Below, in pieces: positions 30,081-39,495 of a stretch of DNA of 58,918 nt. How positions within the stretch are numbered: position 1 is the stretch's first letter; every line of letters begins with the position of its first letter. Position numbers and translations under genes: made by a program. The notes below the pieces were generated by a model that saw only the letters and a list, made by a program, of their open reading frames with translations, was not told the DNA's origin and made no database searches. The stretch is from Chloroflexota bacterium (GTDB lineage Bacteria > Chloroflexota > Dehalococcoidia > SZUA-161 > SpSt-899), in contig JABMQN010000004.1 of the NCBI GenBank assembly GCA_013203045.1, forward strand, positions 1-58,918, given 5' to 3'.

Positions 30081-32372
30081 ATGGCCGGGAGAGCAACGAA
30101 ACAAAGCAAGTCAAGATCTCGCCCCAAAACCACAGGAGAGAGCACTCCGCAGTTCGTTCTCTCCCGGCGTTTCCTGGGAGCAGTCCTGGTTGCTCTCGCT
30201 CTCGCAGTGTTCCTTTTCCTCCGTGATGTTATTGGTGAAGCGATTTTCGCCGCGTTCGGCCTTGGTTTTATTATCGTAATCATTTGGGGCTTGGTTCTCG
30301 CCTGGATGTTTTTTCGCAACAAATTGGGGAAAATTAAAAGGAAATGGCACAAATGGCTTGGGGCCCTGCTTATCAGCGCCTCATTGTTGGGGGTTATGGG
30401 TCTTTACCACCCTTCCATCTCAATAGCTGGCGCCTCATTAGAAGACAAAACACTAGGTGGTGTAGTTGGAGATTCTATCGCTGGGCCTTCATTCGTCTGG
30501 GCTCGATTGCTGGGAATAGTCCTGGTTGGCATGATCCTATTCTTCCCCGTACGTTCCCTAAAACTTACAAAAAAGACTTCTCGCTCATTTTGGCAAAAGG
30601 TCAGACCCCAGATTATTGATTTCTCCGATGGATTTCGGAGCAAGATCAGCAATGCCGGACCTTGGTTATCATCCAAAGTTCCATTCTTAAACCATCAGGT
30701 TAAAACCAGGTCCCCACAGAAAACACCCAAGTCAGCCCTCAAGAAACCGATTGCTATATCCGATGAACCTGCTCCTACCGGCACTCAGCAAATTCTGCCC
30801 GGATTTGGTGAAGCGGCAACAAGGGAAACCGATGATCAATCTCCGATGGAAGAGGTCTTTCTGCCCAGTATCGATCGAGAGTTACCGCCACTCGAAATCC
30901 TCGATGAGGCCCCACAATCCAGCTTTGCACAGGCTAATGACGAGGAGCGCGCTAGACTTATCGAAGATGCTTTGGGAAGCTACGGAGTTGAAGTTAAAGT
31001 ACTGCAGATTAACCCGGGACCCTCAGTTACACAGTTTGGTGTTGAACCTGGCTGGGTTCGTAAATATAAAAAGATAGTAGAGAAAGATCAAAACGGTAAG
31101 CCCCTGCTGGATAAGAACGGCAATCCCAAGTTTCATATGGAAGAAGTATCTAAAACCAGGGTCAAGGTTGATCGCATTACTGCGCTCGCTAACGACCTGG
31201 CTCTTGCCTTAGCTGTTTCCGATATCCGGATTGAAGCACCGGTACCCGGAAAGGCATTGGTGGGTATCGAAGTCCCCAACGTAAGCACTGCAACAGTCAC
31301 TCTTAGAAACGTTATCGAAAGCCCGGTTTTCCCCAAGATAGCCAACAAGTCCAGGTTAGCAGTAGCTCTGGGGCAAGGTGCCGGAGGAGAAGCCGTGGTC
31401 GGTGATCTTGCCAAGATGCCTCATCTCCTCATCGCCGGAGCCACTGGAAGCGGCAAGACTGTCTGCCTTAACTGTATAGTTAGTTGTCTTTTATCCCAGA
31501 CTTCCCCGGTCGACGTACGACTCGTTCTAATTGATCCCAAACGGGTGGAGATGGTTACCTTCAGCGGCGTTCCTCATCTAATCACACCCGTAATAGTGGA
31601 CGTAGATAAGGCTGTGGAAGCACTCAGGCGAGTTGCAATGGAAATGGATAGGCGTTACCGTGCATTCGCTGATGTTGGGGCTCGCAATATCGAGACGTAT
31701 AATCGTAGTCCCAAGGTTTCTGAACCATTGTCTTACATAGTAGTCATTATTGATGAGCTTGCCGATCTCATGATGACCGCGCCTGATGTTGCTGAGCCAC
31801 TCATCTGCCGTATAGCTCAACTCGCCAGAGCCACAGGAATACATCTGGTAGTCGCCACTCAACGACCATCAGTGGACGTAATAACCGGCCTGATCAAAGC
31901 CAATTTCCCCACGAGGATCAGCTTCGCAGTGGTATCAGGGATTGATTCTCGAACAATATTAGATACAATGGGGGCAGAAAAGCTATTGGGACGCGGAGAC
32001 ATGCTATATATTCCTCCAGAGGCAAGCAAACCCCGTAGAATTAGAGGATGCTTTGTTTCTGATGACGAAATGGACCGCATTGTCAAATTCTGGAAGGAAT
32101 GGGCTGTTAAACACTTTCCGCCAGAAAATGATCGCGTTGCGCAGGACTTCATCGCGCTGTCTATTCAACAGATCGATGCAGATCCTTTCATGCAAAAAGC
32201 ACGGGAGTTATATCACGAGTCCAGCAGCTTCTCCATCTCTCTCCTGCAGCGAAAATTACACATTGGCTACCAGCGTGCTGCCAGGATCATGGAACAGCTT
32301 GAAGAAGAGGGACTATTCGAGGAAGAAGGCGACGAAGACGAATTTCGAAATCCGTGGGAAGGGGAACTATGA
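30081..32372 (+). CDS. ftsK: DNA translocase FtsK/SpoIIIE
   Basis: N-terminal TMs, PHLLIAGATGSGKT, IDELADLM and ATQRPS motifs, gamma domain LQRKLHIGYQRAAR. Confidence 0.94.
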   Translation: MAGRATKQSKSRSRPKTTGESTPQFVLSRRFLGAVLVALALAVFLFLRDVIGEAIFAAFGLGFIIVIIWGLVLAWMFFRNKLGKIKRKWHKWLGALLISASLLGVMGLYHPSISIAGASLEDKTLGGVVGDSIAGPSFVWARLLGIVLVGMILFFPVRSLKLTKKTSRSFWQKVRPQIIDFSDGFRSKISNAGPWLSSKVPFLNHQVKTRSPQKTPKSALKKPIAISDEPAPTGTQQILPGFGEAATRETDDQSPMEEVFLPSIDRELPPLEILDEAPQSSFAQANDEERARLIEDALGSYGVEVKVLQINPGPSVTQFGVEPGWVRKYKKIVEKDQNGKPLLDKNGNPKFHMEEVSKTRVKVDRITALANDLALALAVSDIRIEAPVPGKALVGIEVPNVSTATVTLRNVIESPVFPKIANKSRLAVALGQGAGGEAVVGDLAKMPHLLIAGATGSGKTVCLNCIVSCLLSQTSPVDVRLVLIDPKRVEMVTFSGVPHLITPVIVDVDKAVEALRRVAMEMDRRYRAFADVGARNIETYNRSPKVSEPLSYIVVIIDELADLMMTAPDVAEPLICRIAQLARATGIHLVVATQRPSVDVITGLIKANFPTRISFAVVSGIDSRTILDTMGAEKLLGRGDMLYIPPEASKPRRIRGCFVSDDEMDRIVKFWKEWAVKHFPPENDRVAQDFIALSIQQIDADPFMQKARELYHESSSFSISLLQRKLHIGYQRAARIMEQLEEEGLFEEEGDEDEFRNPWEGEL

Positions 32373-34225
32373 AGGATTTAATCTCATACGGTGCCTATCT
32401 GGTTCAGAAAGAGAAGCTCAGGAAAAAGAGACCCAAAACAGTTCGGTTAACACCGCTGCAACAAGTACCAGAAGAAGAAGCGGTGTGCTTCTCATGCGGA
32501 GCTGATCTTTTCAAATCCGATATGTATCAACAATACCGGGTCTGTAATTCATGTGGATTCCATCAGAACATTTCAGCATGGGAACGCATCTATCTTTTGG
32601 CCGATCCGGCGAGCTTCATTGAGTTAGAACTTTACGGCACCATCACCGATCCATCACCACTCCTGGGCAATGAAGACTACGAGGAACGTATCCGCGAGGC
32701 CAGGGAAAGAACCGGACTCTCTGAAGCAGTTATCGCCGGCACTTGCACCATAGGAGGCAATCCAGCGGTACTGGCCGTGCTCGATTTTGGATTCCTCGGG
32801 GGCAACATGGGTATGGTGGTCGGAGACCGCATCGCCAAAGCATTCGAAACGGCAACCAGTAAGAACCTGCCTATCGTTACGGTAGTATCATCAGGTGGCG
32901 CTAGAATAGAGGAAGGCGTACTCTCGCTCGTACAGATGGCCAAGACTATTACGACGGCAAAGCAACTATACAATAAAAATCTGGCACATATCTCCATCCT
33001 CACTCACCCCACCACGGGCGAAGTATACGCCAGTTTCGCTAATCTTGGTGACGTTATTTTCGCCGAGCCTAAAGCCATGATTGGGTTTGCCCCATTACGC
33101 GTGGTTGCACAAACAGAGAAGTCGGAACTCTCCGAAATGGGTCACACCGCCGAATCACATCTTGAGCACGGTCTGATAGACCAGATAGTACACCGGACCA
33201 AACTCCGTAATTTAATCTCAATTACTCTCGACTTGTTCAGTTCCCGATATCGTCTAGGTGTAAAAAAGAAGGTTACACCCTACATGGCTTCTACACACCC
33301 TCAAGAGCAGGCATGGGATACTATTCAACTAGCCAGACATGAAGAACGCCCTACTGCTCTCGACTATATCACCGAGATGACCCAGAGTTTCGTTGAAATT
33401 CACGGAGATCGATCTTACAGAGATGATCCGGCCATCGTATGCGGATTGGCCGAACTCGGTGGACAAGCTGTGGTCATTATTGGACAGCAGCGAGATCGTA
33501 ACGAAGGACGCACCACGCCAGAAGGTTTTCGCAAGGCCCAGCGAGCTATGAAAATGGCAGCGAAATTCGGATTACCTTTAATTAACCTTATTGATACACC
33601 AGGCGCTTACCCGGGAGCGGAGTCGGAAGAAAGGGGAATTGGGAATGCGCTGGCCTCTACAATGTCTCTTCTCTCCGATCTCCCGACACCAGTTATTTCC
33701 GTCATCATAGGACAGGGAGGGAGCGAAGGAGCTCTAGCTTTGGGTATAGCCAATCGTGTTCTAATTATGGAAAACGCCTTTCTTTCGGTTATTCCTCCTG
33801 AAAGAGCAGCTTCTATCATGTTACGGGATGTTAAAAGGGCCGAGGAGCTTGCCTCGACCCTTAAGCTTACCGCCGCCGACTGTAAAGAATTCGGGGTGGT
33901 CGATCTCGTGGTACCCGAACCTGCTGGTGGAGCCCACACCGATCCGGCAGAAGCTGCTCGGTTGTTGAGGAATCTTATTTTACGCGAATTGCTTCAGATA
34001 CAAGGGTATTCACCTGAGAAACATGCCCGATCCAGATACAAACGCTTCCGGTATGTGGGTAGTAGCGCACCGTTCCTGGGAGGTATTTTTGCGAAACAAA
34101 CCGCGCAAATTCAGAAGTTCCTACAAGGTGAAGATACTACAGCCGAGGAATCTGTGCAGATCACGGAAGAACCAGATCCCGAAAAACCTTTGGATGATGA
34201 CTCTGACCCCCTCCCGCTGCCATGA
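32369..34225 (+). CDS. accDA: Fused acetyl-CoA carboxylase carboxyltransferase beta+alpha (AccD-AccA)
   Basis: Zn-finger CxxC..CxxC, FLGGNMG and SGGAR (beta). DTPGAYPG and GGSEGALA (alpha). ATGA overlap with ftsK. Confidence 0.92.
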   Translation: MKDLISYGAYLVQKEKLRKKRPKTVRLTPLQQVPEEEAVCFSCGADLFKSDMYQQYRVCNSCGFHQNISAWERIYLLADPASFIELELYGTITDPSPLLGNEDYEERIREARERTGLSEAVIAGTCTIGGNPAVLAVLDFGFLGGNMGMVVGDRIAKAFETATSKNLPIVTVVSSGGARIEEGVLSLVQMAKTITTAKQLYNKNLAHISILTHPTTGEVYASFANLGDVIFAEPKAMIGFAPLRVVAQTEKSELSEMGHTAESHLEHGLIDQIVHRTKLRNLISITLDLFSSRYRLGVKKKVTPYMASTHPQEQAWDTIQLARHEERPTALDYITEMTQSFVEIHGDRSYRDDPAIVCGLAELGGQAVVIIGQQRDRNEGRTTPEGFRKAQRAMKMAAKFGLPLINLIDTPGAYPGAESEERGIGNALASTMSLLSDLPTPVISVIIGQGGSEGALALGIANRVLIMENAFLSVIPPERAASIMLRDVKRAEELASTLKLTAADCKEFGVVDLVVPEPAGGAHTDPAEAARLLRNLILRELLQIQGYSPEKHARSRYKRFRYVGSSAPFLGGIFAKQTAQIQKFLQGEDTTAEESVQITEEPDPEKPLDDDSDPLPLP

Positions 34226-34250
34226 GAGCAACAGAAGTTTTATAGCCACT

Positions 34251-35465
34251 TCACATCGCGGTTTGTTTTAGAGCAGCTATTGCGGTCTCGACTTCCTTCT
34301 GCATCTCAGGGGATTGAGTTTCTATCGATTTAATGGCATTCTCGACCGTTTGTTCCAGTCCCTTATCTATACCGCCGCAGACCGCTACGTGCGAACGCAT
34401 CCTTCTCTTAAGTTGCATATCCAATCTCTGTGGCAATGGCATAGCCTTATAGTCATCAATGGTTTTCAGCAAGGATTCTTTAGCCTCGGGAAGTTGCCCC
34501 TCAATCTCCCACAAGAGATTGGCCATGTGATCACTTATTAGATACGAATTGCAGTCCAGATTTTCGATAAATAACCGCAGTTCATCAACTATTTCGTCTT
34601 CCGTCAATTGTTCGAAATCACCGGATTCGAGCTTCCCGTAAAGGTCCGTCCCTTTCCTCACCACAAGACTTCGCAGGCGAATGAAATCAGGATTTGTCTG
34701 ATTCAGAACATACGCAGTATCCACTGCATGTTTTTTAGACCACCTGCACCCACCCAATCCCGGGATCACATATTCCGAGAGCGAAATACCTGATTCCACT
34801 ACGTTCTTACCTCCAGCGATATGATCTGCTGCGGTTACTCCCTTTTGAATAAAAGCCAATACTTCGTCACACCCTGACTCCAGGCCCAGATGTAACCGGG
34901 ACAGGCCTGCTGCATGGAGATCTTTCAGATCCTCCAGCGACTTCTTAGCTGCAGTCTTGGATCGAGCATAGGACGTCACCCGCTCTATCGTAGGAAACGT
35001 TTCTTTGAGATATCGGATGACCTCAACCAGCTCAGGGGTACGCATTATCAGTGTATTCGCATCCTGTAAGAAAACCGTCTTTGCGCCGGAAGCCAGCCAG
35101 TTTGCCACGTTCACCAGACTTTGAATCCTATCATTTGCAGCCTCAGTACCTACCAAATCCGGACTGTAAACCTCAGGGTTATTGCGTACCAAGCTGCTCA
35201 CCAACTCTCCATTTATGCTGCCCCCCACACCCGTTCGCCATGACATCGCTTTTATCTCATCGCTGATGGCTTTTGCCGCATCTATATCAGCCTTTATTTC
35301 CTCGACGTTTCGATACTCAAAACGCTTACCCCGATACGTATGACAGAACTCACACTTGTTCCAGGGACAATTACGAGTTGCCCTGATAAGTAACGACTGG
35401 TCACTACCCTCGCTCGGAGGCCTTATCGGACCGATTTCGAATGAATAACGTTTATCCGGATTCAT
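34251..35465 (-). CDS. Radical SAM protein
   Basis: GPIRPPSE, CPWNKCEFC, FLQDAN and GLESG motifs. Confidence 0.88.
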   Translation of the reverse strand: MNPDKRYSFEIGPIRPPSEGSDQSLLIRATRNCPWNKCEFCHTYRGKRFEYRNVEEIKADIDAAKAISDEIKAMSWRTGVGGSINGELVSSLVRNNPEVYSPDLVGTEAANDRIQSLVNVANWLASGAKTVFLQDANTLIMRTPELVEVIRYLKETFPTIERVTSYARSKTAAKKSLEDLKDLHAAGLSRLHLGLESGCDEVLAFIQKGVTAADHIAGGKNVVESGISLSEYVIPGLGGCRWSKKHAVDTAYVLNQTNPDFIRLRSLVVRKGTDLYGKLESGDFEQLTEDEIVDELRLFIENLDCNSYLISDHMANLLWEIEGQLPEAKESLLKTIDDYKAMPLPQRLDMQLKRRMRSHVAVCGGIDKGLEQTVENAIKSIETQSPEMQKEVETAIAALKQTAM

Positions 35466-35485
35466 ATTCTTGAAAAATTCGAATA

Positions 35486-35827
35486 TTAGCAAAAATTTAT
35501 CTGTGACCTGGCATATCTTGGTTTAAGGATCGCAGCTATTTCCTTCTGGTTAACAGCATCTCGGATCGGTTCAATAAGAGAGACGGACTGTCCCTCATCA
35601 TCTTCTTTGTATTTCCATTCCACGATATATCCTTCAACATTGGCGCCCATAAGACTCTGCGCGTAACTCCCATCGCAAAAGCTGCATCCTGCGGCTTCAA
35701 CTTCAACCAGCAACACTTGTTTCCCGTTGTGTTCGAATGTACTTTCTGATGCGCTGTAATATCTAATCTCCCAGCCAATCTCCTCTCCCTGTTTTACTAA
35801 GTGTGTATAATCGCGTGCCATTACCAT
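35486..35827 (-). CDS. Hypothetical protein with CxxC
   Basis: 113 aa ORF packed within the minus-strand operon, contains GCSFC. Confidence 0.65.
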   Translation of the reverse strand: MVMARDYTHLVKQGEEIGWEIRYYSASESTFEHNGKQVLLVEVEAAGCSFCDGSYAQSLMGANVEGYIVEWKYKEDDEGQSVSLIEPIRDAVNQKEIAAILKPRYARSQINFC

Positions 35828-35835
35828 CTCCGATG

Positions 35836-36111
35836 CTAGAGACTACTCAAACGATTGGAAACCTCGTCCTGTGTCAAACCTTCGATAACTATTCCCTTCC
35901 GCTTGCTCGTCAGTCCTTTATCGATTATTATGCTCCCCTTGCTAATATCAAAAATATCACTAAGAAATTCGATGAGTTCTCTATTCGCTTTGCCTTTAAC
36001 CGGTGGTGCAGATACCTTAACTTTCAAAATACCATCCTCAAAGCTCACGATCTCATTCTTTCTTGAATTGGGTTGTACTTGCACAGTTATTCGAGCCCGC
36101 TTATCTTTCAT
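35836..36111 (-). CDS. DUF167 (YggU-like) protein
   Basis: VQPNS, APPVKGKAN and GLTSKRK motifs. Confidence 0.92.
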   Translation of the reverse strand: MKDKRARITVQVQPNSRKNEIVSFEDGILKVKVSAPPVKGKANRELIEFLSDIFDISKGSIIIDKGLTSKRKGIVIEGLTQDEVSNRLSSL

Positions 36112-36117
36112 AATACA

Positions 36118-36882
36118 TTATTGCCCCGGTGGGTTTATATACCGTACTGGTGTACGGAAAGGTTTGATCTGCTCTTCAACATCTTCGTTGACAACGTATC
36201 CGGAAAGGTGCATCAGCGTATCATACAATGCCTTGTCGATTTGCTCTTGCTGCATTGATGCCTGGCAAGGAAAATGATGACAGATCAATCCTGCTTTTGG
36301 AACGGCCTCATCAGCATGCAACCCAATAAGACCTTCGGCTGTGTGATGGCTCGACCCGCAGGGTGCACCCCGTTCAACCTCTACCGATTCTATTATTTTT
36401 GTCTCAGGATTGACCGTGATCTTGAATTTGGGTCGTCCAAAATATTTGGCGAAATCAGCTATTACATCGCTTTCATACGATTCAGCAGCATGGCGATAGC
36501 CATAGCTTTCTTCGGTAAGAGTGCAAAACGTCTTGGGAAAAGCCGAGCTTATACCTTTAGCCGTCAGTTCCCTTTGTATTTGATTCTTGAGCCCCATAGG
36601 CACCCATTGCGAGTTGTCTATGGGAGCTACAACTCCTTGGGCTCCGGTCATTGCGACAATATCAGGAATCAACTGAGACGATTGCTCGGTTTCGCTCAAG
36701 AAAACAATTAAATCTGATGGTGGCAATTCGGTGGGTAGGAAATCCTCGGGATCATCGATAAGAGGCGGTAAGGCCGTGGTCAACTTGAAGGATTGCACAA
36801 TCCAGTCTTCCGGGCATCGCTCTTTGATATTACGAGCAATCCTCTCCCCATATGGACCTTGCTCGACTATCAAAATACGCAT
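36118..36882 (-). CDS. DUF166 family protein
   Basis: YGERI, IDDPEDFLP, FPKTFC, FGRP, GAPCGS and HFPCQAS motifs. Confidence 0.75.
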   Translation of the reverse strand: MRILIVEQGPYGERIARNIKERCPEDWIVQSFKLTTALPPLIDDPEDFLPTELPPSDLIVFLSETEQSSQLIPDIVAMTGAQGVVAPIDNSQWVPMGLKNQIQRELTAKGISSAFPKTFCTLTEESYGYRHAAESYESDVIADFAKYFGRPKFKITVNPETKIIESVEVERGAPCGSSHHTAEGLIGLHADEAVPKAGLICHHFPCQASMQQEQIDKALYDTLMHLSGYVVNEDVEEQIKPFRTPVRYINPPGQ

Positions 36883-36893
36883 GATTTCTTCCT

Positions 36894-36922
36894 GTAAGGG
36901 CGAGTTTGAAACTCGCCCTTAC
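36894..36922. repeat. GTAG/GTAA-type REP-like palindrome
   Basis: Perfect GTAAGGGCGAGTTT-G-AAACTCGCCCTTAC overlapping the hydrolase stop codon. Confidence 0.75.
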
Positions 36923-37695
36923 GTAATGTCCGCTATGTTGTTCACCTGCCTGAGCCACGTTAGTGCTGCGTCCATCGCCGCTTGGTTGGTACGCAACTTG
37001 TGTTCTCCACCCGGAACCATCACCAGCTTTCTGGGCTCTCTGGCAAACGCAAACAACTGAGAAGCGTGATCGGGAGGGATGGTTTCATCTGAATCCCCAT
37101 GGATTATCAGCAAAGGGCGCGGCGATACCTTTTCAATACAATCAATGGGACTAACCTGCCTGAAATGATCGGCCCACTCCTCAATAGAGGGGGGAAAGTC
37201 ATCATCATTGATCGTACCCACCTCACGGCATTGTACCAGAAAGTCTTCCGGTTTCCTGTTAAGTGCACCAATCGAAAATTGAGCCGGGCATGCACACAAA
37301 ACCAGAGCAGTGACGCGTGAATCTTGAGCAGTCACGTAAGCAGATGTGGCAGCTCCGCCGCTGAATCCCATAAGAGATATACGAGACTGATCGACACCAT
37401 CAAGCTGAGTTAAATACGTGATGATTCCGTCGAGATCACGAGTCCAATCGAGCAGATCCAGGTTGCCTTCGCTTAAACCGCAACCCCTGAAATTGAAGAT
37501 GCAGACAATGAAGCCCTCTTTGGCAAATTCCTCAGCAAGCAATGGATAGCCCCTGTCATTGGGATCAGAAACGGCAGCCGGTATGCCATGGCAGATACAC
37601 AGAATAGGATTGGAGCTTGCCATATTGGGTGGGTAGAACAGTTCGCCAACAAGCTTGATCCCATCTACAATCACAGAGAATCGAGCACTCAACAT
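36919..37695 (-). CDS. Alpha/beta hydrolase
   Basis: CHG, FRGCGLSEG, nucleophile GFSGG, HGDSDE and GGEH motifs. Confidence 0.9.
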   Translation of the reverse strand: MLSARFSVIVDGIKLVGELFYPPNMASSNPILCICHGIPAAVSDPNDRGYPLLAEEFAKEGFIVCIFNFRGCGLSEGNLDLLDWTRDLDGIITYLTQLDGVDQSRISLMGFSGGAATSAYVTAQDSRVTALVLCACPAQFSIGALNRKPEDFLVQCREVGTINDDDFPPSIEEWADHFRQVSPIDCIEKVSPRPLLIIHGDSDETIPPDHASQLFAFAREPRKLVMVPGGEHKLRTNQAAMDAALTWLRQVNNIADIT

Positions 37696-38072
37696 AGCCT
37701 CCTTCAGCCGAATCCCATTATAGCTTGGGCCATAGTGAAAGTCGACCTCGACGTATTTTCTATTTAGTCCATTTGGATTCCAACTTATGCATATGTTATA
37801 TTCTATTCGAACTGAAGAAGGGAAAAACCGAATTTGGTCTGGTTAAAATTTGTAATTTGCGCTGCAATCGGATCTTCTTTTCTAATAACATTACTGCCAA
37901 CAGCGACTATGAGACTCAGACAAAACTCCTTTTATCATAACTTAATCAATGATATGAATCTCACGGGGGGGGCAAGTCCCGGGAAGTCAAACGCAAGCCT
38001 TCTCGTCCGCTGAAGCGAAACGCGAAGGCGGATTGAATGTGTTCGAGAATTAAAGTACACTCTTGATTGTTG

Positions 38073-39002
38073 ATGGAAACTCTCATAGATATTCTTATAA
38101 TCCTATTGAGCATTGCCGTTATCGCCAAAGGCGCTATCTGGCTGGTAGATTCGGCAGTAAATATCGCCTCTCGTTTGGGGATTTCGGAGTTGGTAATTGG
38201 CCTGACTGTGGTGGCATTCGGCACGTCGGCCCCAGAATTCGTGGTGACGATTATGTCTGCATTCCGAGATATTCCCGATGTTTCCGTTGGTAATATCGTG
38301 GGTTCAAATATTTTCAATTTGGGCTTTATTCTCGGCGGTACAGCAATCATCCACAGTTTAAGAACAAGTAGAACTCTCGTCCAGCGAGACGGTGTTTTCT
38401 TACTCTTCGGGACTGTTTTACTGACTGTTCTATTATGGGACCTAACTCTAAACCACGTAGAAGGAGCTATTCTATTCACGCTGCTTATTAGCTATATCGG
38501 ATTTCTTTACTGGAAAAAGGAGACTATAGATTCTGACGAGTCGGAAAAAACCATTGGCAAATTTCGCCGAAGAGACATACTTACATTGTTACTCGGTATG
38601 GGCATGGTTGTAGGCGGTTCGCATTTCCTGGTGGAATCAGCCGTCGACGTGGCCAGAACAATTGGTCTTTCTGAATGGGTTATCGGTGTTACTATCGTAG
38701 CTGCTGGAACTTCCGCACCTGAGTTTGCCACATCGATAACGGCAGCTCTGCGTGGGCGTCATGGGATGTCGGTCGGTAACTTGATTGGCAGCGATCTTTT
38801 CAACATAATTGGTGTTCTGGGTTTGACGGCCATTTTACGTGACCTCTCAGTAGATACCGCTGCAAGACAAAACCTGATATTTCTCTCAGTAATGGTTATA
38901 ATCGTGTTGATTTTTATGCGCACTGGGTGGCAAATTTCCCGAAGAGAAGGTATTGCACTTTTTATAGTGGCTTTAGCACGCTGGGTTTATAGCTTCATAT
39001 GA
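38073..39002 (+). CDS. Calcium/sodium antiporter (YrbG-like CaCA family)
   Basis: Two GTSAPE repeats, GNIVGSN and GNLIGS motifs. Confidence 0.92.
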   Translation: METLIDILIILLSIAVIAKGAIWLVDSAVNIASRLGISELVIGLTVVAFGTSAPEFVVTIMSAFRDIPDVSVGNIVGSNIFNLGFILGGTAIIHSLRTSRTLVQRDGVFLLFGTVLLTVLLWDLTLNHVEGAILFTLLISYIGFLYWKKETIDSDESEKTIGKFRRRDILTLLLGMGMVVGGSHFLVESAVDVARTIGLSEWVIGVTIVAAGTSAPEFATSITAALRGRHGMSVGNLIGSDLFNIIGVLGLTAILRDLSVDTAARQNLIFLSVMVIIVLIFMRTGWQISRREGIALFIVALARWVYSFI

Positions 39003-39079
39003 ACTATCAGGAAACTGGCTTCAATCGTCTCCCCGATACTAAAATATTTCCCTCAGAGTTTTTTTGCAAAAAGAGGGTG

Positions 39080-39262
39080 TGTGCAACCCAGCAGATGGTT
39101 AACGTTTTAAACCAGGCACATGGTTAACACTATGTATAATTACTTTGAACAGGGTAGTATCTTGCCAGCACGTTCATTTAGGATACCTAAAGGATGGAAA
39201 CTGAATTGAAGCTCCCAGAGATGTTCGTTAACCTGCTGCAACCCGACAGGCTCCCCACCGAG
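39080..39262 (-). mobile_element. IS481-family-like right-end remnant with transposase C-terminal fragment
   Basis: Minus strand encodes LGGEPVGLQQVNEHLWELQFSFHPLGILNERAGKILPCSK* (stop 39140-39142). It is followed by GTGTTAACCATGTGCCTGGTTTAAAACGTTAACCATCTGCTGGGTTGCACA, with repeated GTTAACCAT and a terminal ACA. Confidence 0.7.
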
Positions 39263-39495
39263 GTATCGGTGGGCGCCTTGTTGGGGAATGATGGTTTGTG
39301 GTACAACTGGAGCAATGCTTGAATCAGGCGTTCGCTGGGTGGCCGCTGACCTTGCTTGACTTGGGAGACATATTTTTACTGTCTCCCGCTAACTGAGCGA
39401 GTGTAGAAGCGGGGGTCTCACGAAGGATACGTGCCCAATTCGGCCTCTCATAACCGATTGCGGCCTGAGAGACGCGCATACTACAGCTGAAGTAC

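Noticed and set aside
31050-31165. Insertion in the FtsK alpha domain
   Set aside because: Short in-frame loop with no intein motifs, likely lineage-specific.
32369-34225. accD-accA fusion as a novelty
   Set aside because: Such fusions are already known in several lineages.
37961-38479. 172 aa minus-strand ORF
   Set aside because: Antisense to the antiporter.
39263-39495. Hairpins (GGGAGACA/TGTCTCCC) after the RND gene as an ncRNA
   Set aside because: More simply a terminator or decayed DNA, with no recognisable family.
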